Part shown: positions 1-12,679 of the stretch, in pieces
How positions within the stretch are numbered: the first letter of the stretch is position 1
How the letters are laid out: each line of letters starts with the position of its first letter
NCBI RefSeq assembly: GCF_964213995.1
Contig: NC_135808.1
Coordinates: 21,762,001 to 21,826,000 of the forward strand
Origin: Mustelus asterias
Taxonomy: Eukaryota
Direction of reading: 5' to 3'
Length of the DNA: 64,000 nt
Program-made: the position numbers and the translations under genes
The notes under the pieces: generated by a model
Seen by the model: the letters and a program-made list of their open reading frames with translations, nothing else
Database searches by the model: none
Told to the model about the DNA's origin: nothing

Positions 1-2600
1 CACACAGTGCAACATTCCTACATTACTGACCCTCACACAGTGCAACATTCCTACATTACTGACCCTCACACAGTGCAACATTCCTACATTACTGACCCTG
101 GCACAGTGCAGCATTCCTACATTACTGACCCTCACACAGTGCAACATTGCTACATTACTGACCCTCACACAGTGCAACATTCCTACATTACTGACCCTGG
201 CACAGTGCAACATTCCTACATTACTGACCCTGGCACAGTGCAACATTCCTACATTACTGACCCTCACACAGTGCAACATTCCTACATTACTGACCCTCAC
301 ACAGTGCAACATTCCTACATTACTGACCCTCACACAGTGCAGCATTTCTACATTACTGACACTCACACAGTGCAGCATTCCTACATTACTGACCCTCACA
401 CAGTGCAACATTCCTACATTACTGACCCTCACACAGTGCAGCATTTCTACATTACTGACCCTCACACAGTGCAACATTCCTACATTACTGACACTCACAC
501 AGTGCAGCATTCCTACATTACTGACCCTCACACAGTGCAACATTCCTACATTACTGACACTCACACAGTGCAGCATTCCTACATTACTGACCCTCACACA
601 GTGCAACATTCCTACATTACTGACCCTGGCACATTGCAACATTCCTACATTACTGACCCTGGCACGGTGCAACATTCCTACATTACTGACCCTCACACAG
701 TGCAACATTCCTACATTACTGACCCTCACACAGTGCAACATTCCTACATTACTGACACTCACACAGTGCAACATTCCTACATTACTGACCCTCACACAGT
801 GCAACATTCCTACATTACTGACCCTGGCACAGTGCAACATTCCTACATTACTGACCCTCACACAGTGCAACATTCCTACATTACTGACCCTCACACAGTG
901 CAACATTCCTACATTCCTGACCCTGGCACAGTGCAACATTCCTACATTACTGACCCTCACACAGTGCAACATTCCTACATTACTGACCCTCACACAGTGC
1001 AACATTCCTACATTACTGACCCTCACACAGTGCAGCATTCCTACATTACTGACCCTCACACAGTGCAACATTCCTACATTACTGACCCTCACACAGTGCA
1101 ACATTCCTACATTACTGACCCTGGCACAGTGCAACATTCCTACATTACTGACCCTCACACAGTGCAACATTCCTACATTACTGACCCTCACACAGTGCAA
1201 CATTCCTACATTACTGACCCTGGCACAGTGCAACATTCCTACATTACTGACCCTCACACAGTGCAACATTCCTACATTACTGACCCTCACACAGTGCAAC
1301 ATTCCTACATTACTGACCCTCACACAGTGCAACATTCCTACATTACTGACCCTGGCACAGTGCAACATTCCTACATTACTGACCCTGGCACAGTGCAACA
1401 TTCCTACATTACTGACCCTCACACAGTGCAACATTCCTACATTACTGACCCTCACACAGTGCAACATTCCTACATTACTGACCCTCACACAGTGCAACAT
1501 TCCTACATTACTGACCCTCACACAGTGCAACATTCCTACATTACTGACCCTCACACAGTGCAACATTCCTACATGACTGACCCTCACACAGTGCAACATT
1601 CCTACATTACTGACCCTCACACAGTGCAGCATTTCTACATTACTGACCCTCACACAGTGCAGCATTTCTACATTACTGACCCTCACACAGTGCAACATTC
1701 CTACATTACTGACCCTGGCACAGTGCAACATTCCTACATTACTGACCCTCACACAGTGCAACATTCCTACATTACTGACCCTCACACAGTGCAACATTCC
1801 TACATTACTGACCCTCACACAGTGCAACATTCCTACATTACTGACCCTCACACAGTGCAACATTGCTACATTACTGACCCTCACACAGTGCAACATTCCT
1901 ACATTACTGACCCTGGCACAGTGCAACATTCCTACATTACTGACCCTCACACAGTGCAACATTCCTACATTACTGACCCTCACACAGTGCAACATTCCTA
2001 CATTACTGACCCCCACACAGTGCAACATTCCTACATTACTGACCCTCACACAGTGCAACATTCCTACATTACTGACCCTCACACAGTGCAACATTCCTAC
2101 ATTACTGACCCTCACACAGTGCAACATTGCTACATTACTGACCCTCACACAGTGCAACATTCCTACATTACTGACCCTGGCACAGTGCAACATTCCTACA
2201 TTACTGACCCTCACACAGTGCAACATTCCTACATTACTGACCCTCACACAGTGCAACATTCCTACATTACTGACCCTCACACAGTGCAACATTCCTACAT
2301 TACTGACCCTCACACAGTGCAACATTCCTACATTACTGACCCTGGCACAGTGCAACATTCCTACATTACTGACCCTCACACAGTGCAACATTGCTACATT
2401 ACTGACCCTCACACAGTGCAACATTCCTACATTACTGACCCTCATACAGTGCAGCATTCCTACATTACTGACCCTCACACAGTGCAACATTCCTACATTA
2501 CTGACCCTCACACAGTGCAACATTCCTACATTACCGACCCTCACACAGTGCAGCATTCCAACGTGACTGACCCTGGCACGGTGCAGCATCCCGAGTACTG
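1..2600. repeat. 33-bp minisatellite (cacacagtgcaacattcctacattactgaccct), ~78 copies, extending beyond the window start
   Basis: Near-perfect tandem units. It grades at 2600-2810 into degenerate 'ctgaccct..gacagtgcagcactccctcagta'-type units. The 864-aa ORF is a by-product of the 33-nt period. Confidence 0.97.
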
Positions 2601-2829
2601 ACCCCGTTCAGAACTCCCTAAATAATAACCCTCGGACAGTTCAGTCCTGCCCCTCGGAAAGTTCAGCGCTCCCTCAGTACTTTCCCTCTGACAGTGTGGC
2701 ACTGCCGCAGTGCTGACCTTCGGTCAATGCGACACTCCCACAGTACTGACCCTCAACATGCAGCACTCCCTTAGCACTGATGCTCTGACAGTTGGACACT
2801 CCCTCAATACTTTCAGGTGAACCCCCGGT

Positions 2830-3745
2830 TCAAAAAGGGAGAGGTAAAAATCCGGAAACTATCGGCCAGTTCTCTGTGGGGGGAAGTTGTTGGAATTAAT
2901 CATTGCGGAGGAGATGACTGAACATTTGGAAAAACAAAGCTCAATCCACCATTGTCAGCATGGTTTTATGAAGGGAAAGTCATGCTGGACAAACTTGCTT
3001 GAGTTCTTTGAGAACATAACCAGTAAAGTGGATAATGGGGAAACTGTGGGTGTGGCGTATCGAGACTTCCAGAAGGTGTTTGCCGAGGTGCCGCATAAAG
3101 ACTGATCCAGAAGGTGAGATTGCAGAGGATTGGGGGTAGAGTATGGGATTGGATTGAGGATTGGCTGAGTGACAGAAAACACAGAGTCGGGATAAATATT
3201 ATATATTTCTACTTTGTCTGCCAAAATGGATAGCCTCACACTCATCCACATTAAACTCCATCTGCCAAATTATGACCTATTCCCCGAGCCAATCTGTATC
3301 CATCTGTAAAATCTTTATATCCTCTTCACTGCCTGCATTCCCACCTATTTGAGTATCATTCACAAATTTTGCTATGTTACATTCTGTTCCTCTGGCTGGC
3401 GAAAGTAACGAGTGGGGTGCCACAGGGATCAGTCCTCAGACCTCAACTGTTTACAATCCATACAAATGATCTGCAAGCAGGAACAGAGTGTAACATAGCA
3501 AAATTTGTGAATGATACTCAAATAGGTGGGAAAGCAGGCAGTGAAGAGGATATAAAGATTTTACAGATGGATACAGATTGGCTCGGGGAATAGGTCATAA
3601 TTTGGTAGATGGAGTTTAATGTGGATGAGTGTGAGGCTATCCATTTTGGCAGACAAAGTAGAAAGGCAAATTATTATCGAAAAGGAAAGCAGATTCAAAA
3701 TGCCTCTAGGCAGAGGGATCTGGGTGTCTTTGTTCATGAATCCAC
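2830..3745 (+). mobile_element. Decayed CR1-clade LINE RT fragment with an internal inverted duplication (~3205-3385)
   Basis: Motifs QHGFMKGKSC, DFQK, SGVPQGSVL and MEFNV are present with stops and frameshifts. 3205-3385 is the reverse complement of ~3490-3670. Confidence 0.85.
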
Positions 3746-6020
3746 TCTCTCCCAGAACCTCCCTCCCATGCCAGTTGGAGAAGTCAAAACTAAGACACAG
3801 CTGCTTTCTTTACCAGAGAGTTTATTGAGTTTACAGTCAACACAACTGTACCCGACCAGTGTCCCAGCTATCCCCATTTATAATGTAGAAATACCCATCA
3901 CCAATTTATAATGGAATTGTAATCAAACCTTAAAAATGTGATTGCCATTCCATCTGAACCATGTGATTATTATTAAACTTTAATATGATCGCGATTAAAC
4001 ATTAACCATTTGACTGTCATTGAATATTAACAATGTGATTGTGATTAAATATTAACCATCTGATTGTCATTAAACATGGGATTGTAATTAACCATTAACA
4101 ATCTAATTATCATTAAGCACAAGCATTGCAATTGTGATGTTAATGTTTGAAATGTCAATGTGATTAACAAGACACTGACACCAGGGGTGGTGCTGGGGAT
4201 CAGATCACTCACTCCACCTCTCAGTGAAAGCAGTGAGTATGATTCCGAGCGGCTGTGCAGGTTAAAAATCCAGCCCCAGTAAAGAAACCATGGACATTTA
4301 CAGTTTAATTTACACAGTCTCATATGTAGATCCGCCATCAGTCACTGATTGTCACCTCGAGAAAATTAAAGCTTCCCTGAGTGTCTCATCCGTTCCTCCC
4401 ACTGATTTCTCTGGATTACTGATCAGGACACTGGAGATCACTGGGGGAAGAGAAAAAAATCCATAGTTACAGGAAGAGGAAAACCCAGAAGACACAGAAC
4501 ACCCCCAACAAAACCCATCACAACCCTGACACCTAAAACTGGAGAAAGCTGGAAGAGTTCAGGAAGTGAAGGGGTGAAATTAAAATAGAAATTGGGAAAC
4601 CAAAGAGAGAGTGTGGAAAATACTTGGAAGTAAAATTGAAGAACATGCAATGATGTTTTATCACAAGGAGCAAGAGGGGAACAAAGGAAAGAGTCGGGTC
4701 TATCGGAGACCAAAATGCTAACCTTTGTAAGGAAGCAGAGGATGGGGAAAGGTTCTGAATGAATAATTCACATCTGTTTTCAGAAATCAGGGAGCTGATG
4801 ATAATACAATGATGTAGTTCAGGAAGAGCAGTGTGAATGACAGCATGGGATAAACATTGCAAGAGAGGAACCATTATTGGGTTTGACGTTTTTGAAAGTG
4901 GACAAATCACCAGGTTGTGAACAGACAGGGACACAATGGGCTGAATGGCCTCGCTCTCAATCAGAAGTTTACTTTCATTCAACCTTACACCCAAATAACA
5001 GCAAAACCCATCAGTCCCATTCAACAGAGAAACCAATACCTTCACAAACCTTTGAGGTTCCAGAGGCCTGGAAAATAGCCAATGTTGTTCCTTTGTTTAA
5101 GAAAGGAAGCAGGGATAATCCATGAAGTTATAGATCCGTGAGCCTGGCTTTTTCCAGCATGCAAGTGTCAATTCTAAGGGGGCACAAGTTCAAGTCAAGA
5201 GAGGGAAAGTTTAAGGGAAATGTGCAGGGTAGGTTTTTCACGCAGTGTGTGCTGGGTGCCTGGAACGCACTGCCAGAGGAGTGGTGGAAGCAGGCACATT
5301 AGCAACATTTAAGAGGCATCTGGGTGGGTACATGAATACGGAGGGAATAGAGGGATACGGACCGAATAAGGCCATAAACTTTTTCTTAGTTCAATTAGGG
5401 CACTATGATCAGCACGGGCTTGGAGGGCCGAAGGGCCTGTTCCTGTGCTGTATATTATTTTGGAAAACCCATCAGACCCCCAAAATCCAGCTAAACCCGT
5501 CAGACCCCCAAACACCAGCACAACACATCAGAGCCCCAAACACCAGAAAAACTCATTAGAACCCCAAGACCAGCTAAATCCATCAGATCCCCCAAACACC
5601 AGCTAAACTCCTGAGGTCTACTCCACACCCCAAACATTCAGCAAATGATCAGACTCATCACAAAACACGACTGATGTTAAATCCTGTGGGAATGACAGAC
5701 CCCAGTGGCCAACTTCAGGGAAAACTCTGGGAATTCTGACTTCCTTAAGGAAATTGAGCAGCTTAGCGGAGGCTGTCCAGGGTGAGATGTTTCCGGGTGT
5801 CTCTATACCTCAACAGCCACAATGTCTCCACCCTCAGACTGTCTCCAGAAGGCCAGTCTCAAAGCTCAGTGTTGAATTGGATGAGCTGCTCTTTAGTGAC
5901 GATACAGCGAGAGACAGACACTGAGCTCACATCCCACCCACCAGATTGTACAGCTAAATCCAGCAGGAATATCCCAGTTAGAAGGATCAGCTCCCAATAT
6001 TTATCAACACAGTTCATACC

Positions 6021-6067
6021 TCAGGAATGCGTGGAGGAGCTGGATGAAGAATCCCCACCGTCAGAAC
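6021..6067 (-). CDS. Copy A exon 7, cytoplasmic (SSDGGDSSSSSSTHS*)
   Basis: Acceptor at 6068-6069, Ser-rich tail, TGA. Homolog at 38427-38473. Confidence 0.85.
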
Positions 6068-9000
6068 CTGTTGAAGGAAGGAGAGGCATTAAAAAAATGT
6101 TCATTTCCACAGAGACAGAGATTGTGGATGTGATAAAGAGAGAACGAGAGAGACAAAGAGAGACACAGAGACACAGAGAAAGAAAGAGGTTCTCACACAC
6201 ATACTGACAGTGACACATAGAAATACACTCACACACACACACACACACACGATGTTTGATGATCAGCTTACTCTTTGCAGGATTGTAGTCGCTCTTCCCT
6301 CTCCCTGTAAAACAAGGAATGTTCAGTGAGTGACGAGACTGAGAGAAAATCAGAGACAGAGGCTGGAACTCTCGCTCGCACTGAGCCCCGACAACACAAT
6401 TCTGAACCCTCACTCCCACCACAACCCGAGACCCTCACTCCCACCCTGACCCTGGACCCTCACTCCCACCCTGACCCTGGACCCTCACTCCCACCCTGAC
6501 CCTGGACCTTTACTCTGACCTGAGACCTCACAGATACCCTGAACTCCATCCACAATCTGAGACCCTTCCCACAATTCACAGACACTCCCCCTTTATCTTG
6601 AGCCCCTTATCCTCCCTATCCCAACTCTGAGGCTCTTCCACCCACTCTGTGCCCCCCCCCACACCAACCTGAGACCCACAGCCTGAGCCACCCCCACCCT
6701 GGAATTCTCTCCCACAATCCCTCCCCCAGTGAGGAGCTGCTCTTTTCCCTCCAATTCCTACCTTTCTTGTTGTAGATGACGACAGCCACAATGATGAGAG
6801 CGATGAGCACGAGGACCCCGACCACAATCCCGACAGTAACAGCAACCTGGGAGCGAGACTTTGGTTCTGTTAGAGAGAGAATCAGAGAGACTGAGTGAAT
6901 CAGGGAGAGGGAAAAGTGAGAATCAGAGAGAGAGAATCAGAGAAACTGAGTGAATCAGGGAGAGGGATAAGTGAGAATCAGAGAGAGAGAATGTGAGAGA
7001 GTGCGAGAGAATGAGAGAGAGAGAGAGTTAGCATCTAAGAGTGAGTGAGGGAGTGAATGACAGATAGAGAAAGTTCAAAGAGTGAGTATGAGAGAGTGAA
7101 TCAGAGAGAAAGAAAGAGAAATGAGAGAGTGAATCAGAGAGAGAGAGAATCAGGAAACACAGGATATATGACACAGAAACCGGCCATTTGGCCCATCCAG
7201 TTGATACTGGTGTTAATGTTCTACTTGAGCCCCCTCCCATCTTTTTTTCTCGTCTAATTCGACCATTTTAACTCTATTCCCTTCTCCCTCATTTGCTTGT
7301 CGATCCTCCCCTTAAACTACACTGTTCAGTTCAGCCACTCCCTGTGGCAGCGAGCTCCACATTCTCATCACTCTTTGGGTGAAGTTTCTCATGAATTCCC
7401 CATTGGGTTTCTTGTATTGATGGCCACCAGATCATAGATCATAGAAACCCTACAGTACAGAAAGAGGCCATTCGGCCCATCGAGTCTGCACCGACCACAA
7501 TTCCACCCAGGCCCTACCCCTATATCTCTACATATTTTACCCGCTAATCCCTCGAATCTACGCATCCCAGGACACTAAGGGGCAATTTTTTTTCTCGCAT
7601 GGCCAATCAACGTAACCCGCACATCTTTGGACTGTGGGAGGAAACCGGAGCCCCCGGAGGAAACCCACGCAGACACGAGGAGAATGTGCAAACTCCACAC
7701 AGACAGTGACCCAAGCCGGGAATCGAACCCAGGTCCCTGGAGCTGTGAAACAGCAGTGCTAACCACTGTGCTACAGATATGCTCTTCCCACAAGAGGAAC
7801 ACTCTCGATGTGTCCGCTCTACAAAAAAGCTTTCATAATTTTAAAGTCCTCGATTAGATCAACCCTCAGCCTTCTGTTTTCCTGAGAGCAGAGACCCAGC
7901 CGGTCAATCCTTTCCTGAGATGTCCACCCACTCATTTCTGGAATCATCTCTGTAAATCTTCTCTATGAACAAAGTGGAAAAACATTTTCCACTTTCTGAA
8001 ACCCTGAAACACCCTTTCCTCACACTCTCTGCTTTCTGTCCCAAAGTCAGTGAGTGATCCATTCTGTCACTCATCCCCTAACTCCACATGCTTTCACCTT
8101 GTCAATCAGTCCATCACGAACACCCTTTTCTATTACATTTGAAAAATTATATGATATTATATCTATTACATTACCATTGTCTATTCCCTCTGTTCCATCC
8201 TTAAAGAATCCACTAAGTGGAGTAAAACAAGATTTTCCATTTCAAAATCCATGCTGAATATTCATTGTTATAGTATTTGATTCTAGATTTTCAGGAATTA
8301 TCTCCAATAGAAGGAATTCCATTATTTTTCTGAATATTGATCTTAATCTGACTGACATAAACTTCCAGGATGCACTGGGTCCTGTCCTACTTAATATTTG
8401 ATATATTATTGTCACATGTATTGGTACACAGTGAAAAGCATTGTTTCTTGGATACACCAGGCTCTCTCCATCCTCTGATATTCCACGGTGCCCTACCTCC
8501 TGTAATATCCCAGGATACACCAGGCCCTGTTAGACTGTAATATCCCAGGATACACAAACACCATTCATACTTTAACATCCCAGGATACTCTGGGCTCTGT
8601 CATACTGTAATCCCAGGATACACTGCTACCCGTGCGACAATAATATCCCAAAATGCACTGGGTCTTGTCGTACAATAATATCCCTGGACACACTGGGCTC
8701 TGTCATACTCTGATATCCCAAGTAAATCAGGCCCTTGTGCACAGTAACATCCGAGGATACACTTGGCCTTGTCCCTACTGTAATATTCCAGGATACACTG
8801 GGCCCTGACCAACTAAAGGATCTCATGATACACAGCGCCCTGTCCCACTGTAATATCCAAAACCGCAATGGGTCCTGTACTCCCAGTTATTTCCCAGGAT
8901 GCACCGGGCCCGGTCATGCTGTGATATCCCAAGGTACACTGGGCCTTATCCGTCCTGTAATATCCCATAAGACACTGGATCCTGTTGCACTGTAATACAC

Positions 9001-11463
9001 CAGGATACAGTGGGGGATGTTCCATATCAAATCCATGGACACACAATTATTTCCCACCAATGGTGGTGCCAAGATATATAACACATTGAAGGTTAATATT
9101 TATTTTCCTCTCTCTGTATCCTGGGCCTCAGGCTGTCCTGGGCTGACAGCTCAGCACTGACCCTCACTCCTGTGATCCTGGTCTGAGGCTGGGTCCTCTC
9201 TAACAGTGAGAAACAGTCTTACCGTAAATCACCACCAGCGTCTCCTTCATCCCGCTGTGTTCCACCCGACAGGAATACTCGGCCTGGTCCTCCGGATTAA
9301 ACTCTACCCATTTCCGGATCTGGTAGGTGCTGTCGTGATTGGGTAAGATCCCACTGGACAGAGTCTCATCAATCACCACTCCGTCTCTCCACAGATTCAC
9401 CTCGATGGCCTGAGGGTAAAACCCGGTGACGACACAGGACAGCCGGTTAGAATCACCCAGACTGGTAAAGGACACGACGGGGGCAACTGAGAGAGAAAGA
9501 AAGAGGAGTCAGTCCAGGAACCTTGAGATAGAGAGTCCCGGCATCACCCCCTTCACCGACTCTCACTCCCCCCTCACTCACTGACTCTCACTCCCCCCTC
9601 ACTCACCGACACTCACTCCCCCCTCACTCACCAACTCTCACTCCCCCCTCACTCACCGACTCTCACTCCCCCCTCACTCACCGACTCTCACTCCCCCCTC
9701 ACTCACCGACTCTCAATTCTCTCTGTCCATACTCCAGGTATTTTCTCAGCCACTCGATACACTCCACCTCCAGGTAATGTTTCCATCGCTGAATGATGAC
9801 AGTGTCCCTGTCCCAACTGTTTTTGATGGTCTCCCCCCATGTGACCGACGTCACCCACACCATGTGCTCCTTGTCGAAGCTGAGAAAATCATGTCCATCC
9901 CATCCCCTCTGGTTGAATCCACTCGTGGTCCCATCATCCCTCAGGTCACAGCCAGTCATCAGCTGGTAGACATGGATCCCTGTGGATCAGAAACACAAAC
10001 AGCCAATCAGACACAGTCCCAATGGGCGATCCCACCTGCACAGCCAATCAGAGGCCGCCTCCCTGGAAACAATCCCTCCACACATTCACAGCCAATCACA
10101 TTTCCTGTCACATCTCCAATCGCAGCCAATCAGCCTCTGGCTCTCGGTTCCGGATCCACTCTGGGTTTCTCCTCATTCCCACCTGGATCCCCGGGTGCTG
10201 GGAGAGTGAGCACTCACCTACTGTCTGGTTGGTGCGGGACATGAGCAGTGGAATATCAGCTTTAAAATGCATCTCCTGCTCCTCTGTGAGGATCTTCTTC
10301 CGCTCCCAGGCTGCCGGACCCTCGCTCTCCACCATCCACTGCTCCCGGGGGATCAGCTCCCTCCGATCGCTGTCGTACAAAACAAACTGGACACCGTCCA
10401 CATAACCGACAGCCACAAACTCCGGGAAATCCGGGGTCGAAGTCATTCCCGTGAAGAAATACCGGAGAGAGTGAGAGCCTGAAATAGAGAGAGAGAGAAT
10501 TCAGGATAGACACCCTAAAAACACCAACACACACACACACACACACACAGAGATCAGGGCATGAACCCCAAAACACTGATTCCAAACCGAGAGCAAGACC
10601 TCCACCCAGCCTGGCATTGCCCCTCTCACACCCCATCACTCACTGACCCAGGGTTAATGCCCCAGTACCCAGCCTGGCATTGCCCCTCTCACACCCCATC
10701 ACTCACTGACCCAGGGTTAATGCCCCAGTACCCAGCCTGGCATTGCCCCTCTCACACCCCATCACTCACTGACCCAGGGTTAATGGCCCAGTACCCAGCC
10801 TGGCATTGCCCCTCTCACACCCCATCACTCACTGACCCAGGGTTAATGCCCCAGTACCCAGCCTGGCATTGCCCCTCTCACACCCCATCACTCACTGACC
10901 CAGGGTTAATGCCCCAGTACCCAGCCTGGCATTGCCCCTCTCACACCCCATCACTCACTGACCCAGGGTTAATGCCCCAGTACCCAGCCTGGCATTGCCC
11001 CTCTCACACCCCATCACTCACTGACCCAGGGTTAATGCCCCAGTACCCAGCCTGGCATTGCCCCTCTCACACCCCATCACTCACTGACCCAGGGTTAATG
11101 CCCCAGTACCCAGCCTGGCATTGCCCCTCTCACACCCCATCACTCACTGACCCAGGGTTAATGCCCCAGTACCCAGCCTGGCATTGCCCCTCTCACACCC
11201 CATCACTCACTGACCCAGGGTTAATGCCCCAGTACCCAGCCTGGCATTGCCCCTCTCACACCCCATCACTCACTGACCCAGGGTTAATGCCCCAGTACCC
11301 AGCCTGGCATTGCCCCTCTCACACCCCATCACTCACTGACCCAGGGTTAATGCCCCAGTACCCAGCCTGGCATTGCCCCTCTCACACCCCATCACTCACC
11401 TGCCGACACCTCTCCACACAGAAGGATCAGCTCTATCAGTCCAATTATTGCTGCTTTCCTCAT
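6021..11463 (-). CDS. MHC class I heavy chain, copy A (UAA-lineage-like, probably non-classical), 7 exons, 348 aa, intact
   Basis: Exons on the minus strand: 11400-11463, 10218-10478, 9707-9979, 9223-9486, 6762-6866, 6272-6304, 6021-6067. All introns are GT-AG and phase 1; the total is 1047 nt with no internal stop. Class I hallmarks: [11 protein letters not shown] glycosylation site, alpha2 and alpha3 Cys pairs, TM and Ser-rich tail. Confidence 0.93.
6272..6304 (-). CDS. Copy A exon 6, cytoplasmic (GRGKSDYNPAK)
   Basis: 33-nt exon with the conserved class I cytoplasmic Tyr. Homologs at 38199-38231 and 60265-60297. Confidence 0.85.
6762..6866 (-). CDS. Copy A exon 5, connecting peptide and transmembrane segment
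   Basis: EPKSRSQVAVTVGIVVGVLVLIALIIVAVVIYNKK; 105 nt; AG/GT flanks. Confidence 0.92.
7431..7774 (-). mobile_element. tRNA-derived SINE (shark HE1/V-SINE-like)
   Basis: Box A/B-like head (tggttagcactgctg...gggttcgattcc), central 'gtgtggagtttgcacattctcc' core and CR1-like 3' tail. Confidence 0.85.
8365..9010. repeat. Degenerate ~35-bp repeat (cccaggatacactgggccctgt...gtaatat) in intron 4
   Basis: Recurrent caggatacactggg motif. Paralogous tracts at ~26500-26630, ~35120-35830 and ~53490-53600. Confidence 0.8.
9223..9486 (-). CDS. Copy A exon 4, alpha3 (C1-set Ig) domain
   Basis: LSCVVTGFYPQAIEVNLW...PNHDSTYQ...YSCRVEHSG; 264 nt. Confidence 0.95.
9553..9716 (-). repeat. 25-bp minisatellite spanning the exon 3 donor of copy A (~6 units)
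   Basis: Unit gtgagagtcggtgagtgagggggga on the gene strand. Confidence 0.9.
9707..9979 (-). CDS. Copy A exon 3, alpha2 domain
   Basis: GIHVYQLMTGCDL...WDGHDFLSFD...YLEVECIEWLRKYLEYGQRELRV; 273 nt. Confidence 0.95.
10218..10478 (-). CDS. Copy A exon 2, alpha1 domain
   Basis: [38 protein letters not shown]...MSRTNQTV; 261 nt; canonical splice sites. Confidence 0.95.
10605..11399 (-). repeat. 63-bp minisatellite in intron 1 of copy A (~12.6 units)
   Basis: Near-perfect units starting exactly at the intron 1 GTGAGT donor. Confidence 0.97.
11400..11463 (-). CDS. Copy A exon 1, signal peptide MRKAAIIGLIELILLCGEVSA
   Basis: ATG at 11463, hydrophobic core, CAG|GTGAGT donor. Paralogous to 30810-30873. 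Confidence 0.9.
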
Positions 11464-11559
11464 GTTGGGGGAAACATTTGGAGGAAACTCTTTTTCAAAG
11501 AAAGGCCATTTTCTCAACTCACTCCTTCTGTCTTTTCCTGTTCACGCTGAGCCTCAATC

Positions 11560-11638
11560 TGATTGGACACAAAATCGGACTGAACCAATCAGAATAAAGA
11601 GATTCAGTGAGTCATCAGTCTCCGGCAGAATAGACACA
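11560..11638 (-). promoter_or_regulatory. X1-X2-Y boxes and CCAAT box of the copy A promoter
   Basis: Gene strand reads ctgccggagac (RFX/X1-like), TGACTCA (X2, 11608-11614), CTGATTGG (Y, 11585-11592) and a second CCAAT. The same layout occurs in copy B. Confidence 0.75.
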
Positions 11639-11697
11639 GTAAGAAGTTTAACAACACCAGGTTAAAGTCCAACAGGTTGATTTGGTAGCAAAAGCCA

Positions 11698-11734
11698 CAC
11701 AAGCTTTCGAGGCTCTAAGCCCCTTCTTCAGGTG
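11698..11734 (-). ncRNA. Minimal type I hammerhead ribozyme (Penelope pLTR)
   Basis: CAC-CUGAAGA-A-GGGGC(uuaga)GCCUC-GAAA-GCU-U-GUG. Confidence 0.75.
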
Positions 11735-12642
11735 AGTGGGAATTCTGTTCACAAACAGAACTTATAAAGACACAGACTCAATTTACATGAATAATGGTTG
11801 GAATGCGAATACTTACAACTAATCCAGTCTTTAAGAAACAAAACAATGGGAGTGGAGAGAGCATCAAGACAGGCTAAAAAGATGTGTATTGTCTCCAGAC
11901 AAGACAGCCAGTGAAACTCTGCAGGTCCACGCAACTGTGGGAGTTACAAATAGTGTGACATAAACCCAATATCCCGGTTGAGGCCGTCCGCGTGTGTGCG
12001 GAACTTGGCTATCAGTTTCTGCTCAGCGACTCTGCGCTGTCGTGTGTCGCGAAGGCCGCCTTGGAGAACGCTTACCCGAATATCAGAGGCCAAATGCCCG
12101 TGACCGCTGAAGTGCTCCCCAACAGGAAGAGAACAGTCTTGCCTGGTGATTGTCGAGCGGTGTTCATTCATCCGTTGTCGCAGCGTCTGCATAGTTTCCC
12201 CAATGTACCATGCCTCGGGACATCCTTTCTTGCAGCGTAACAGGTAGACAACGTTGGCCGAGTTGCAAGAGTATGTACCGTGTACCTGGTGGATGGTGTT
12301 CTCACGTGAGATGATGGCATCTGTGTCGATGATCCGGCACGTCTTGCAGAGGTTGCTGTGGCAGGGTTGTGTGGTGTCTTGGTCACTGTTCTCCTGAAGG
12401 CTGGGTAGTTTGCTGCGGACAATGGTCTGTTTGAGGTTGTGCGGTTGTTTGAAGGCAAGAAGTGGGGGTGTGGGGATGGCCTTGGCGAGATTTTCGTCTT
12501 CATCAATGACATGTTGAAGGCTCCGGAGGAGATGCCGTAGCTTCTCCGCTCCGGGGAAGTACTGGACAACGAAGGGTACTCTGTCCACTGTGTCCCGTGT
12601 TTGTCTTCTGAGGAGGTCGGTGCGGTTTTTCGCTGTGCCACT

Positions 12643-12679
12643 CACCTGAAGAAGGGGCTTAGAGCCTCGAAAGCTTGTG
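12643..12679 (+). ncRNA. Minimal type I hammerhead ribozyme (inverted pLTR copy)
   Basis: cac ctgaaga a ggggc ttaga gcctc gaaa gct t gtg. Confidence 0.75.

Noticed and set aside
7-2601. 864-aa HTVQHSYITDP-repeat ORF
   Set aside because: A stop-free frame of a 33-bp minisatellite, with no upstream ATG, signal peptide or non-repetitive domain.
3745-4185. Possible solo LTR or AT-rich repeat (tgtgatt/attaaac motifs)
   Set aside because: Termini and TSD could not be defined confidently by eye.
10561-11550. 329-aa repeat ORF
   Set aside because: Antisense reading of the 63-bp intron 1 VNTR and leader exon.
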